Assembly (NCBI GenBank): GCA_028718965.1
Contig: JAQUKS010000001.1
Location: forward strand, 1-57,213
DNA from: Minisyncoccota bacterium
Lineage (GTDB): Bacteria; Patescibacteriota; Minisyncoccia; Minisyncoccales; CG1-02-41-26
Direction of reading: 5' to 3'
Length of the DNA stretch: 57,213 nt
Shown piece after piece: positions 35,347 to 44,539 of the stretch (within the stretch, counting starts at the first letter, position 1; each line of letters starts with the position of its first letter). The notes beneath the pieces are model-generated. The model ran no database searches. It was not told the origin of the DNA and was given only the letters and a program-made list of their open reading frames with translations. Both the position numbers and the translations under genes were made by a program.

Positions 35347-36603
35347 TTAAGGCGCTTTGATCTCTTTCAGGCCGAAATAGCCCTGCAATGCCTCGGGCAC
35401 TTTTACTGATCCGTCCTTTTGCTGGAAATTCTCAAGTATGGCGATGATGGGCCGCATTGAAAAAGCAGTGCCGTTCAAAGTATGGACAAACTCCGGCTTG
35501 TTGGTTTTGCTGTCTTTGTATCTTACGTTAAGCCGCCTGGCCTGAAAATCAGTGCAGTTCGAGGTGGAATGGGTTTCACGGTATTTGTCCTGCCCGGGCA
35601 TCCAGGTTTCGATGTCGTATTTTTTGGCCGCCGGCACGCCCAAATCGCCCGTGCAAATGTCGATTACCTGGTAATGCAAACCCAGATCATCCATCAGTTC
35701 CTGTTCAGCGGCGCGCAGCGCCTCGTGCTCCTTGGCCGAGTCTTCGGGCTTGCAAAAAACAAACATCTCTATTTTATCAAACTGGTGCACCCTTAACATA
35801 CCTTTGGTGTCTTTGCCGAAGCTGCCCGCCTCGCGCCTGAAACAAGTAGAAAACCCCACGTAACGCAAAGGCAAATCCGCTTCATTGAAAGTTTCGCCGG
35901 CGTGCATCGCCCCGAGGGTTTGCTCTGAAGTGGCGGTAAGATACAGATTGTCTTTTTCCAGATGATAAGCCTCTTCGTCGTCGGTTTGCTGCAGATAGCC
36001 CATGGCCCAGGCCATTTCCGGCTTAATCATTACCGGCGGAATTATCGGAATAAAGCCTTTTTTAACCAGTTTTTCAAAAGCGAAATTTATCAAAGCGAAC
36101 TCCAGCAAAACCCCCTGGCGTTTTAAATAATAAAAGCGGCTGCCCGTCACCTTGCCCGCCCGCTCGGTATCAAGAATATCCAAAGCCTCCCCTATCTCCC
36201 AGTGCTCTTTGGGCTTGAAATCAAACTTCGGCTTTTCTTTTACCTTGCCAAATCCCTTTACTTTGTTTTCCGAATCGTCTTTGCCCACAGGCACTTCGTC
36301 AAAAGCCGGATTGGGGATTTGACGCATTAAAGCGTCGAAATCCTGTTCGATTTCTTCCAAAGCCGCCTCCTGAACCTGAAACTCTTCTTTCAAGGCCTTG
36401 GCTTTTTCAATGGTTTCCCGGCTCGGCACGCCCTTGCCGCTTATTTTCTTTTGTTCGGCTTTTATCTGCTCGCTTCGAGCCATAATCTCGCGGCGCTTTT
36501 TATCCAGTTCCAGCAGTTTATCAATGTCAACGTCAACGCCTTTGTTCCTGGCGCCCTCTTTGACCTTTTCCGGATTCTCCCTGATGTATTTTATATCTAA
36601 CAT
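35347..36603 (-). CDS. serS: Seryl-tRNA synthetase
   Basis: N-terminal coiled coil and class II motifs (FRREAGSFGKDTKGMLRVHQF; TLNGTAFS). Confidence 0.95.
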   Translation of the reverse strand: MLDIKYIRENPEKVKEGARNKGVDVDIDKLLELDKKRREIMARSEQIKAEQKKISGKGVPSRETIEKAKALKEEFQVQEAALEEIEQDFDALMRQIPNPAFDEVPVGKDDSENKVKGFGKVKEKPKFDFKPKEHWEIGEALDILDTERAGKVTGSRFYYLKRQGVLLEFALINFAFEKLVKKGFIPIIPPVMIKPEMAWAMGYLQQTDDEEAYHLEKDNLYLTATSEQTLGAMHAGETFNEADLPLRYVGFSTCFRREAGSFGKDTKGMLRVHQFDKIEMFVFCKPEDSAKEHEALRAAEQELMDDLGLHYQVIDICTGDLGVPAAKKYDIETWMPGQDKYRETHSTSNCTDFQARRLNVRYKDSKTNKPEFVHTLNGTAFSMRPIIAILENFQQKDGSVKVPEALQGYFGLKEIKAP

Positions 36604-36661
36604 GTGTTTTTATTTTACACTGGTCTGGTTAGTTTGCACTGGTCAGATCGGTGCAATATTA

Positions 36662-36880
36662 TTATAAAATAAAACGCCCTTTTATACTACTCAAGGACGA
36701 AATTCTCGTGGTGCCACCTTGTTTTATTGACTCGTTGCCAAGCCAATCTCTTTGAGTTTGCGAATCCCGGGACTCGCAAACTCCGGCTGTAACGGGCTTA
36801 CCCGAAGCAGGTTATTGGTTTGGACCCTTTCCCCTGCCCAGCTCCAAGGGTGGAACACCCCTTCTCATCGCTTTTTTATT
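36662..36880 (-). promoter_or_regulatory. T-box-like tRNA-sensing leader of serS
   Basis: On the minus strand, in order:
- GA/K-turn-type start AGCGATGAGAAGG.
- Short hairpin with loop GUGUUCCA (UCC-A, a Ser codon plus purine).
- F-box-like CCCGTTACA.
- 13-bp hairpin (36754-36783) containing a G.U pair that exists only on the minus strand.
- T-box core AAGGTGGCACCACGAG (UGGC).
- Terminator CGTCCTT/AAGGGCG followed by TTTTATTTTAT. Confidence 0.6.
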
Positions 36881-36886
36881 GGTTTT

Positions 36887-36914
36887 ATTATAATCACAAA
36901 ACAGATTAAGTCAA
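36887..36914 (-). promoter_or_regulatory. Near-consensus sigma70-type promoter for the serS leader
   Basis: Minus strand reads TTGACT-16 nt-TATAAT. Confidence 0.6.
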
Positions 36915-36980
36915 CAAACTACTACGGACGCTTCCAAAGTATGTGAATACCCTGATTTTTGGCGGCCGCAGAAAATATTC

Positions 36981-37115
36981 TTGACAATGATTGAAAAATG
37001 AATATACTTAAAACAATGGATTATCGGTAAAGGCCTGCCCTTTAGGCAGAGATTGGCTCGGGCAACCGAGATAGCCGAAAAATTCCATTCCCCCCTTAGA
37101 GGGGTTTTATTTTAC
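36981..37115 (+). ncRNA. Candidate structured small RNA of about 100 nt, class unknown
   Basis: TTGACA-16 nt-TATACT (36981-37008). A closing helix GGATTATCGG/CCGAAAAATTCC encloses two hairpins: CTGCC-cttta-GGCAG, and CTCGG-GCAA-CCGAG with a GNRA loop. Then CCCCT-tag-AGGGG is followed by TTTTATTTT. No downstream plus-strand gene. Confidence 0.4.
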
Positions 37116-37520
37116 AACGGAAATTAAAAATTTTTTTCTTAATGCTTTTTCAAAAATATCTTTTGCTTCTTCTCTCCCAAGAAATGATGCCCTTATGCAA
37201 CCAGCCCACCTGTCAGCCAAACGGATGACTGGCTCGCTTTCATCTCTCGCGCTTCTTATAAAATCAATTCTGATACCTTCCAATCTTAAAGCGTTAGTTA
37301 GCTCCCTGGCCTTTTTCTTATCTATGCCGTCAATATAAACAATGGCCTTATATTTATCTTTTGCCTTACTGCGAAACGTTAATCTAAAATGAAAAACTCG
37401 TCCTTAAAGACCATTAATGTTCGGGCCGAATATGTCAACAAGCCAGGCAAAACCCTTAAAACAAACAAAACCAAAACATCTTCTGGCTTCCAGCTCTGCT
37501 TTTTGCGCCCACTACCGAAT
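37107..37520 (-). pseudogene. Decayed gene remnant, DUF3800-like C-terminal part (no start codon, frameshifted)
   Basis: An open frame without ATG reads ...KYKAIVYIDGIDKKKARELTNALRLEGIRIDFIRSARDESEPVIRLADRWAGCIRASF... (D-S-x-x-x-P-x-x-x-LAD-x-x-AG pattern). The upstream part continues in another frame. Confidence 0.4.
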
Positions 37521-37522
37521 AT

Positions 37523-37690
37523 TATTTGATTTTACGCACGCCTTTGAAGGTTCGGGTGTTGGCCTTTTGGTCCATGAATTGCTTTCCCTCGTCCCGCTTT
37601 GTCCAGCGGTTGTTCCTGGGATTATGGACCTGATCCCTGTCCTTAACCGCGCCAACTCTCCCCGGGCCTTTTGGCGGATTTGTCGCCATA
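37523..37690 (-). CDS. Small basic protein (55 aa)
   Basis: ATG ORF reading MATNPPKGPGRVGAVKDRDQVHNPRNNRWTKRDEGKQFMDQKANTRTFKGVRKIK. It resembles small conserved hypothetical proteins I recall seeing in many bacteria. It is below the ORF-track cutoff. Confidence 0.45.
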
Positions 37691-38022
37691 TTTGAAAAAT
37701 GACCTTATACTGAAATTGTAAAATTCCCTGAACAGCCCGTCAAATCAGGTTTTGCACAGACCCGCGCGCGTGATTCTGCTATTGATCACCAAAATGTAAA
37801 TTAAAAGCCCTGCTGAATTTAATCAAAGGGCCATTGTTACTGCTACATTGATGGGAGCAGACGCCCAAGGTTTCTGTTTTACGCGTCCGGTTCGCAAACC
37901 ATAAACACCGGCTCATACTTTGCCAAGGCGATTTTCCTGGCCGCACCCTGCTCGTTCGGGGCAAGGATCCCTACAAGAGTTGTTTCTGTTGCCAAGCGGA
38001 CTCTTACCGCTCCGTGGGGAGA

Positions 38023-38256
38023 TTACCTCCTGGTTATCCTCGTCCAGATCAGGGCGCCTGCGAGCGCAGCCCAAAGAGCTGGCGTTAGGACAATCACTCT
38101 CCAAAGGTCTCCGTGCGCCCAAAGAGATAGCTCATATGCTATCCATGGGGCCGGTGAGTTGGAGAGCGACGCTAACCGAGTTAACGCCCATAGGACTGCC
38201 AAAAACAGCCCTATGCCCACCGATAATATAGTGGCGAACCACCATATTATTCTCAT
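38023..38256 (-). CDS. Small membrane protein (77 aa)
   Basis: Strong SD (AAAGGAGGTGAcaaaATG) at the internal Met of the 96-aa ORF, and 2-3 hydrophobic helices. It lies in a locally GC-rich patch. Confidence 0.45.
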   Translation of the reverse strand: MRIIWWFATILSVGIGLFLAVLWALTRLASLSNSPAPWIAYELSLWAHGDLWRVIVLTPALWAALAGALIWTRITRR

Positions 38257-38379
38257 TTTGTCACCTCCTTTTGTTGAGAAAAACGAGCCTAAAGAACGAA
38301 CGTTTAAACGCACCGAAATACAATACCATATTTTTTGATTTCGTCAAGCCTTTTGCCCCGCGCAGCAACCAAAGATAAC

Positions 38380-38802
38380 TCATTTTCTGCTTTTTAACTT
38401 TCTGCTGCCCAAATTTTCAAAGAATCTTAACAAGTAGCCGTCAGGGTCTTTTACCAAAAACTCTTTGTTGCCAAGCAAGCGATCGCCCTGCCTGTACCAG
38501 TTATCTTGCGGCTCGATAAAAACAGGATAATCATTCGCTTTCAGCAAGCTCAATAATGGCTTTATGCTTTTTACTTCGATTTGAAAATTGACTCCCCTGC
38601 CGAAAGGATAGCCCAACTCGCCCGTAAGCCAGCCGCTTTTGGTTTGCTCGATCATAATTTGGCTGCCGTTGAAAGAAAGAAACGCGAATTTTGATTCTTC
38701 GCGGCTGTACTCAACCCTGAACCCCAATAATTCTTTGTAAAACCTTAAACTTTTCTCAAAATCCGAAACGCTCAATTCCGGAATAAGCTTGTTGAATTTC
38801 AT
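38380..38802 (-). CDS. VOC (glyoxalase/bleomycin-resistance) family protein
   Basis: LSVSDFEKSLRFYKELLGF and DPDGYLLRF, the paired beta-alpha-beta-beta-beta pattern. Confidence 0.75.
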   Translation of the reverse strand: MKFNKLIPELSVSDFEKSLRFYKELLGFRVEYSREESKFAFLSFNGSQIMIEQTKSGWLTGELGYPFGRGVNFQIEVKSIKPLLSLLKANDYPVFIEPQDNWYRQGDRLLGNKEFLVKDPDGYLLRFFENLGSRKLKSRK

Positions 38803-38889
38803 AAATTGTTTTTTGAATCTCTTTCAAATTTTGTCATTAAATAATGGTGGCTGACCAGCTGACTCCATTTTTCCGGACGATCTTGATTT

Positions 38890-39270
38890 TCAGGCGTCTT
38901 CGGGCAATCTACCCTTATAAATAATGTCCGATATTTTGTCTATCAATTCTTTCAAACTTTCTTTCGTATATGTTTTGTTGTTTATCTGGCTAGCCATTTC
39001 ACCGACCAATTTATCCAAAACAGGCAAAAGAGGATTGTTAAAATGCTCCTTTTTGGCCCACGGATAACGTTTTCTATATGATCTTGGCGCGGGCAATTCG
39101 TCCTCTTCCAATTCATCCAAATGATTCAAGCTTAACTGGATCGGAAAAAGCTCATTGTAGTAATCCGCTGAAAGCCCGGACTCTTTACATATCTGCGGAA
39201 TGTCTTTTCCGCCGCTTTCGCTTATTTCGCTGTTGCTAAATTTTTCTTTTACCTCCATATTTTTATACAA
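38890..39270 (-). CDS. Hypothetical protein (126 aa)
   Basis: ATG ORF co-directional with its neighbours. No recognisable motif. Confidence 0.4.
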   Translation of the reverse strand: MYKNMEVKEKFSNSEISESGGKDIPQICKESGLSADYYNELFPIQLSLNHLDELEEDELPAPRSYRKRYPWAKKEHFNNPLLPVLDKLVGEMASQINNKTYTKESLKELIDKISDIIYKGRLPEDA

Positions 39271-39323
39271 TGATTATTTTCAATTTTTCGCAAAAAGCAA
39301 AGCCAGCCTTTCATGGCCATCTT

Positions 39324-39851
39324 TCAGGCATGGCTCAAATATTTTTTTTCTTTGGGTGGCTGGACCGTCTTGTAAAACAAATAGTCATCCGCGCCGTAGT
39401 AATTCTGCGGTATCTTGCCGACATACACAAATCCCCTGCTTTTGTAAAACCGCAGATTTCTTTTATCAGTCCAGAGGTGCAGCTTATGAAAGCCGTCTTG
39501 CCTGGCTTCTTTTTCCCACATCCGCAAAAGCCGGCTGGCTATTCCCCTGCCCTGAAAATCTTTGTCAACCGCGAGCCAAACCGCCAATGTCACCCCGCCG
39601 GTGATCGGCCTTACCATCAAATAGCCGACCGCGCCCCCGGAAGCCAAAGCCAGATAGATCGCTATTTCTTTTGCTTTCAGCTGGGCCCTAACAGCAAGCG
39701 GGCTGTATTCTTTGGCCAAAAAATATTTTCTTGTTTTTGCCGGATATTCCGGAAAATAATCCTGGATCGTCTTCGAAAACAAAGCGAAAAACCCGGGCAA
39801 ATCCCCCACTCCCGCCCTCCTGAAAACAATTTTTTGATTTTGGCTAGTCAT
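39324..39851 (-). CDS. GNAT family N-acetyltransferase
   Basis: FQGRGIASRLL acetyl-CoA motif. Confidence 0.75.
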   Translation of the reverse strand: MTSQNQKIVFRRAGVGDLPGFFALFSKTIQDYFPEYPAKTRKYFLAKEYSPLAVRAQLKAKEIAIYLALASGGAVGYLMVRPITGGVTLAVWLAVDKDFQGRGIASRLLRMWEKEARQDGFHKLHLWTDKRNLRFYKSRGFVYVGKIPQNYYGADDYLFYKTVQPPKEKKYLSHA

Positions 39852-39890
39852 ATTATTTTGATAACTTATTTTTCAAAATAGGTTGTATTA

Positions 39891-40358
39891 TTATTTTTGA
39901 GACTTTTTTAGGTCCTGCCAAGAATATTGTTTAACTTTTCCATCGCCGTCAACAGAAAAAACATAAAGTAAGAGCTTTTTAGCAACCTGCCAGGGTAATC
40001 TTCGTAGGGCTATTTTTGCAGCGGAAATCGGCAAACCCAGCCCATAATAATAACGCGTTTTGCCACTTGTTTTCATCCTAGTTATAATCTGGCCCAAAGA
40101 ATAAACAAACGAGGTTTCGCTTACCGATTTAGCTGATTTTGCTTTTGATTCACCTTTCGTTTCGACCAAAAAGTAGCGCACATATTTATTATGCCGCACC
40201 CTGATATCGACACCCTTATCCCGCAACTCCCCCACCTCCAAATTTCTGCCCCAGCCGTTTCTGAACAACCACTTAATAATTGCTTGTTTAACAAACTTTT
40301 CCGTGATTGGCTTTTGCATAACTAATTTTTTGAAATTTTTTGAAGAATTCTCTACCAT
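39891..40358 (-). CDS. PD-(D/E)xK nuclease-fold-like small protein
   Basis: GVDIRV...YFLVETKGE gives a D...E-x-K arrangement. It is the last gene of the co-directional island. Confidence 0.4.
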   Translation of the reverse strand: MVENSSKNFKKLVMQKPITEKFVKQAIIKWLFRNGWGRNLEVGELRDKGVDIRVRHNKYVRYFLVETKGESKAKSAKSVSETSFVYSLGQIITRMKTSGKTRYYYGLGLPISAAKIALRRLPWQVAKKLLLYVFSVDGDGKVKQYSWQDLKKSQK

Positions 40359-40488
40359 TCATAAATTTTATTTTTTGAATAAAATGAAATAATTTGTCTA
40401 CGGCCCTAGCTTTATTCGCTTTTGATGATGCGCAGATTTTATCAATTTGTTTTTATGGTCAAGCTATTCCAATACCGTAAACCGTTTT

Positions 40489-43020
40489 TTATTCAACTGG
40501 ATTATTTACAAATATTTTTTCAGACTCTTTACGATGTTCTTCTTCAGAGATTACGGTATCGTAAAGACCTATTCTTTCGCCCTCATGTTTATTTATTCCA
40601 GTATATGTAATACTAGCATCTTCATATCGTTTGAACTTATACACTGCATCGTTCATTAAAGCACTGCTGAAAACCCCGAGACTCACAAGCATCTCAAAAT
40701 CTTTTTGAGTTAGGCCAGTAACTTTTTTGAATAACCCAGGCTCCAATTTAGTAATTACATCTCTCAGCGTTCTTTCCCGATAATCTGTAAGATACATAAA
40801 TACAGGAATGCGGGTGGCAAATTTAATTAACTTCTCCTGCACTTGTTTACGAAGATTTTTATATTCTTTTTCCTCTTCAGTAAGTTCTTTTTGCTTTTTC
40901 TTGGCCAATTTTTTGTCATTTGCCTCTTTTCTTATTTTCTCAACAGATTCGGATTTGTTGATAATAGTCTCAATATCCTGATTCAAATTTCTAAAACCCT
41001 CGATGCTCATAAGAGCATCCATCGCCGCCTTATTATCCATCAATCGCTTGAGCGTATTGTTGTCTACATTAACTAGCAAAGCGCTTTCCCAACGACGAGC
41101 AAGTAATGTGGCGGTGGTGCCGCTCATTGCCATATCCAAAATTCCTGCTGCGTCAATCTGCTTCATAGCGCTGCCGTCATAGGCAAGAACCGGAAGGAAG
41201 CTTATAAAATCCGCCACTTTAGCCTCTGGGTTGGATTCATTTACATTTAACCGACAGCTATATTCAGCAATCTGTCTTAACGCGCGATTCGGCGCAAAGT
41301 CAAAAACATAACACTCGTTTTTAATAATTTCTTCTTTATTGGGTGATTTGTCGTCCGGATTTTTAATGCTCCACGGCGACTGCACACGAAAAGCGGCTTG
41401 AAAATATGTCTCTGGCGTAGAACAACTGCGAAGCATAAAAATGCCCGTCCACGGCTTTACCGTTACGCCAACCAAAAGTTTTCCGCAGGTTAAGGTAATA
41501 GTTTTAGACGCCAACGGATCATCCATAGCTTCTAGGACTGGTGGCAACGCTTTTATCCCTATACCAGCGCCTTGGCCTGCCGCCACGACTATCGTATAAT
41601 CATGATAAAAAGTATTTTGCCTTTTCTTTAGCAAATTACGCATCGCATAACACGATGCAACCGAAGGCAAAAACCACAGCGTATGGTTAAGAACATTTAA
41701 TAGCTCGGCGTGTGAATAAGGCATTGGCGGCTTCTTTGCCCCAAGCTTTAAATTATCAATAGTGGTTTCCGCAAAAGATCCGCGTATCAAATCAAGCCAT
41801 TTTTGCACTTCATCTTCGTATTTAAATTTCGCTTTTTTATCCTTGCCCTCGGCAGCGAAAAATTCGTTTAAATCAAATTCGTTGAATTCTCCTTGTTGAA
41901 CTATGTCAATTATTGAATCAGGAAGCTGATAAGTCATCATCACCATGCGCGGGAGAGGGGCGTAGGGATTAAATTTACCTTTATCGCTCCACGATTCCTT
42001 TGCTCGTTGCTCATCCGAATAAGTCCAGTTGTATATTTGTTCTTCAATAAATTCTCCAGAAGCGATTGCCCTAAAAGGTGTACCGGAAAGATATAAATAC
42101 GCCTGCGTTTTTATGGGCAATATTTTCTCATTAAAGTCTTCTAACCCCTTACCTTCAGCAAACTCTTTTTCTTTTTTCTCTTCCGCCTCAAAAAGTTCTT
42201 TGGCATTTTCGCGCCAAGCACCGTAATGATACTCATCAAACACAACACAATCCCATTTGGTTTTATGAACCCATTCATTTTTTGTTTTTATCCCACCGGT
42301 GCTTTTATTTTTACCCAAATAATCTTGAAATGATCCAAAACAAACAAACGGCTTTTTTTCATCAATGTCTTTATGCCAAAGCGTATTTTGAGCAGCAGAA
42401 ACAAACTGCCAACCCCGAAAATCAATATGTTCTTTTAAGTCATCGTCCCACGCGCTCTCAACCGCCGGCTTAAAAGTCATTACCAAAATCTTTGTCCATC
42501 CCATCTTTTTCGCCAATTGATATGTCGCGAATGTTTTGCCAAAGCGCATTTTTGCGTTCCATAAAAAATGTGGGGTTTTGTCGGGATTTTCTTTTCTATG
42601 ACTATCAAAATAATCTGCTGTTTTTTCTACCGCCGCTTTCTGCTCTGGACGCATTTTGAAATTCAGTCCGCGCGTCTCAATGTTAAATTTTCGTTCCCTG
42701 ATATCATCAATCGCAGACCTAACATCTTTTAAGCCACACTTAAACCACTCGCCGTCTTTTCTTTTGATACTTTTCTTCTTCAGATGTTGGTGAACCTCGT
42801 GATCGGTAAAAGTAGTGCCGTCGTTCCTAATGGCATCTTCAATAAGCACTATCCGGTATGATATTTGCGCTGTCCCGAGTTGTTCCTTGACCCTCTCTTC
42901 CGCACTACGCACCGTATAGCCAACTTTCAACAAACCTTTATGTGAAACAACGCCTATAAGTTCATAGGCGTATATTGTCGGTTTAATATCCGGTTTTTGT
43001 GGGAAAAAATCTTTACTCAT
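40489..43020 (-). CDS. GIY-YIG-like (T5orf172-type) N-terminal domain fused to an SF2 DEAD/DEAH-type helicase (restriction Res-like)
   Basis: The N-terminus IYAYEL...LLKVGYT...EWFKC fits the T5orf172/GIY-YIG-like pattern. Walker A AKMRFGKT and VVFDEYHYG (DExH) follow. The start lies 2 nt after the methyltransferase stop. Confidence 0.65.
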   Translation of the reverse strand: MSKDFFPQKPDIKPTIYAYELIGVVSHKGLLKVGYTVRSAEERVKEQLGTAQISYRIVLIEDAIRNDGTTFTDHEVHQHLKKKSIKRKDGEWFKCGLKDVRSAIDDIRERKFNIETRGLNFKMRPEQKAAVEKTADYFDSHRKENPDKTPHFLWNAKMRFGKTFATYQLAKKMGWTKILVMTFKPAVESAWDDDLKEHIDFRGWQFVSAAQNTLWHKDIDEKKPFVCFGSFQDYLGKNKSTGGIKTKNEWVHKTKWDCVVFDEYHYGAWRENAKELFEAEEKKEKEFAEGKGLEDFNEKILPIKTQAYLYLSGTPFRAIASGEFIEEQIYNWTYSDEQRAKESWSDKGKFNPYAPLPRMVMMTYQLPDSIIDIVQQGEFNEFDLNEFFAAEGKDKKAKFKYEDEVQKWLDLIRGSFAETTIDNLKLGAKKPPMPYSHAELLNVLNHTLWFLPSVASCYAMRNLLKKRQNTFYHDYTIVVAAGQGAGIGIKALPPVLEAMDDPLASKTITLTCGKLLVGVTVKPWTGIFMLRSCSTPETYFQAAFRVQSPWSIKNPDDKSPNKEEIIKNECYVFDFAPNRALRQIAEYSCRLNVNESNPEAKVADFISFLPVLAYDGSAMKQIDAAGILDMAMSGTTATLLARRWESALLVNVDNNTLKRLMDNKAAMDALMSIEGFRNLNQDIETIINKSESVEKIRKEANDKKLAKKKQKELTEEEKEYKNLRKQVQEKLIKFATRIPVFMYLTDYRERTLRDVITKLEPGLFKKVTGLTQKDFEMLVSLGVFSSALMNDAVYKFKRYEDASITYTGINKHEGERIGLYDTVISEEEHRKESEKIFVNNPVE

Positions 43021-43021
43021 A

Positions 43022-44539
43022 TTAATTCATTGGGCGGATCATAGATTCAATAAAAGCAATTTCTTTTTTAGTTAATTTATATTTTTTATATAATTTCTCA
43101 TCAGTCCATGACTCAGAAAAATTTTGAATTGGAACAAAGGTGTAAACGCCCCTAGAAGCATGTTGTGTATTTTTCCTTAGCATGACTAAAAACCTAAAAA
43201 ATCTAGTCCTCATGTAAGAAATAACATTTTCGGCAATTTTTTTAGATTCAAAAGGTCCAATTACAAGATAAGTTTCGGTGCAACATGTTCCAGGCTCACC
43301 ATAAAATGGTTTGTTGATGATTTGATGGGGGAAATCCTCTCCAGCACCATATGCCATTGATATATAAACCTTGTGCTCGTCAATCCAGTCTAAGTTTTGA
43401 GTAATATCTCTATTTTTTACAAAACCACAGCCCTTATTGGTATAAATTTTGAAAGAATCTTTTGTTTCTCTTTTTTCACCCTCAAAAAAGGTTCTCAAAC
43501 CGAACGGCTTCTGATTACTTACAAAATTACTAAATGATTGTTCTTTTTTTAGTAAAACTTTCTTTAATATCTCTATTGATTCATTAAATCTCACAAAGAT
43601 ATCGCTTCCTTTTTCTATCAATGTACGCCTTAATATAGAAACGTTATTTCCACGAACAGTCTTAACTTCACAATCGCCTAAGTGATCCCTTTCCCACAAA
43701 AAATAGCTCACACCGCCTTTTATCTCTACACCGGGGAAACATTCCCCAGATACAGGATAGTCAACTAAATGGCTTATCCTGCCATCTTGTAACATTTCCT
43801 GTCGGTACACGTCTAGGCCTCTTCCGCCAGAAAACCACCGAGACGGCGTAATCATTACAAGAAAACGCGGCTGCATTTTCCTTGCCTGTTGCACAAATAA
43901 ATGATACACGGGGATAGCGCCGCCTCTCTGTCTCGCTCCATCTTTTGAATCGCCCTGATCACTTAATTGATAAGGCGGGTTGCCTATAATTACATCAAAT
44001 TTCATATTATTTATTACATTAGGTTTTTTATTATGTATAAATTTGTATGCGTGAGTCTCGAGCCCCTCCTCACGCTGATACTCTGACTGACTAGCTCCAC
44101 AAAAAGAGCACCTTCCATTTTTCCAATCGTGATCTGTTTTCTCAAAGAAAATATTACCTTGATCGTTGTTGAAAGAACCAGATACAGAGTATTTTCCATT
44201 GGCAATTTTTGAGCAGTACAAACTACGCCTAGAAAGTAGCGAAGTCAATTCCGTGATTCCAATCCCAAAAATTTGTTTGCTGTAAATATGGTCAATCCTT
44301 TTTTGAAGATCCGGAATTTCATTCTTCAATCCTTCCAGCAATCTTTTGGCAATTTCTCGCAGGAATACTCCTGACTTACAAACCGGATCCAAGAAAGTCG
44401 CAGTTTTGTCTTTCCAAATCTCTTTTGGTAATAAATCTAAAATTTCGTTCGCTAATTTTGGCGGAGTAAAAACTTCATCACTACTTAAATTAGCAAGACA
44501 AGAAAGTACATCAGGGTTGTAATTATTTTGCATCTTCAT
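43022..44539 (-). CDS. N6-adenine DNA methyltransferase (gamma class, Eco57I-family-like) with a C-terminal recognition domain
   Basis: EVFTPPKLANEIL, motif I FLDPVCKSGVFL and motif IV IIGNPPYQ. The start was chosen at ATG 44539 or 44533, overlapping the upstream stop; the longest ORF (to 44656) is an overlap artefact. Confidence 0.8.
   Translation of the reverse strand: MKMQNNYNPDVLSCLANLSSDEVFTPPKLANEILDLLPKEIWKDKTATFLDPVCKSGVFLREIAKRLLEGLKNEIPDLQKRIDHIYSKQIFGIGITELTSLLSRRSLYCSKIANGKYSVSGSFNNDQGNIFFEKTDHDWKNGRCSFCGASQSEYQREEGLETHAYKFIHNKKPNVINNMKFDVIIGNPPYQLSDQGDSKDGARQRGGAIPVYHLFVQQARKMQPRFLVMITPSRWFSGGRGLDVYRQEMLQDGRISHLVDYPVSGECFPGVEIKGGVSYFLWERDHLGDCEVKTVRGNNVSILRRTLIEKGSDIFVRFNESIEILKKVLLKKEQSFSNFVSNQKPFGLRTFFEGEKRETKDSFKIYTNKGCGFVKNRDITQNLDWIDEHKVYISMAYGAGEDFPHQIINKPFYGEPGTCCTETYLVIGPFESKKIAENVISYMRTRFFRFLVMLRKNTQHASRGVYTFVPIQNFSESWTDEKLYKKYKLTKKEIAFIESMIRPMN

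Noticed and set aside
37015-37115. Small SRP (4.5S) RNA.
   Set aside because: It has a GNRA-capped helix. However, the flanking strands lack the conserved domain IV pattern I recall (…GGUCC-GGAA-GGAAGCAGC…), and the helix is fully paired where SRP RNA has its symmetric and asymmetric loops.
37417-37695. 92-aa plus-strand ORF.
   Set aside because: It has no SD and is unconvincing in composition. It lies antisense to a better small ORF (37523-37690, minus strand) and to a decayed gene remnant.
37779-38122. Minus-strand ORFs of 61 and 69 aa in the GC-rich patch.
   Set aside because: They overlap each other and the better-supported SD-led membrane ORF. Their composition is Arg/Pro/Cys-rich with no start-site signals.
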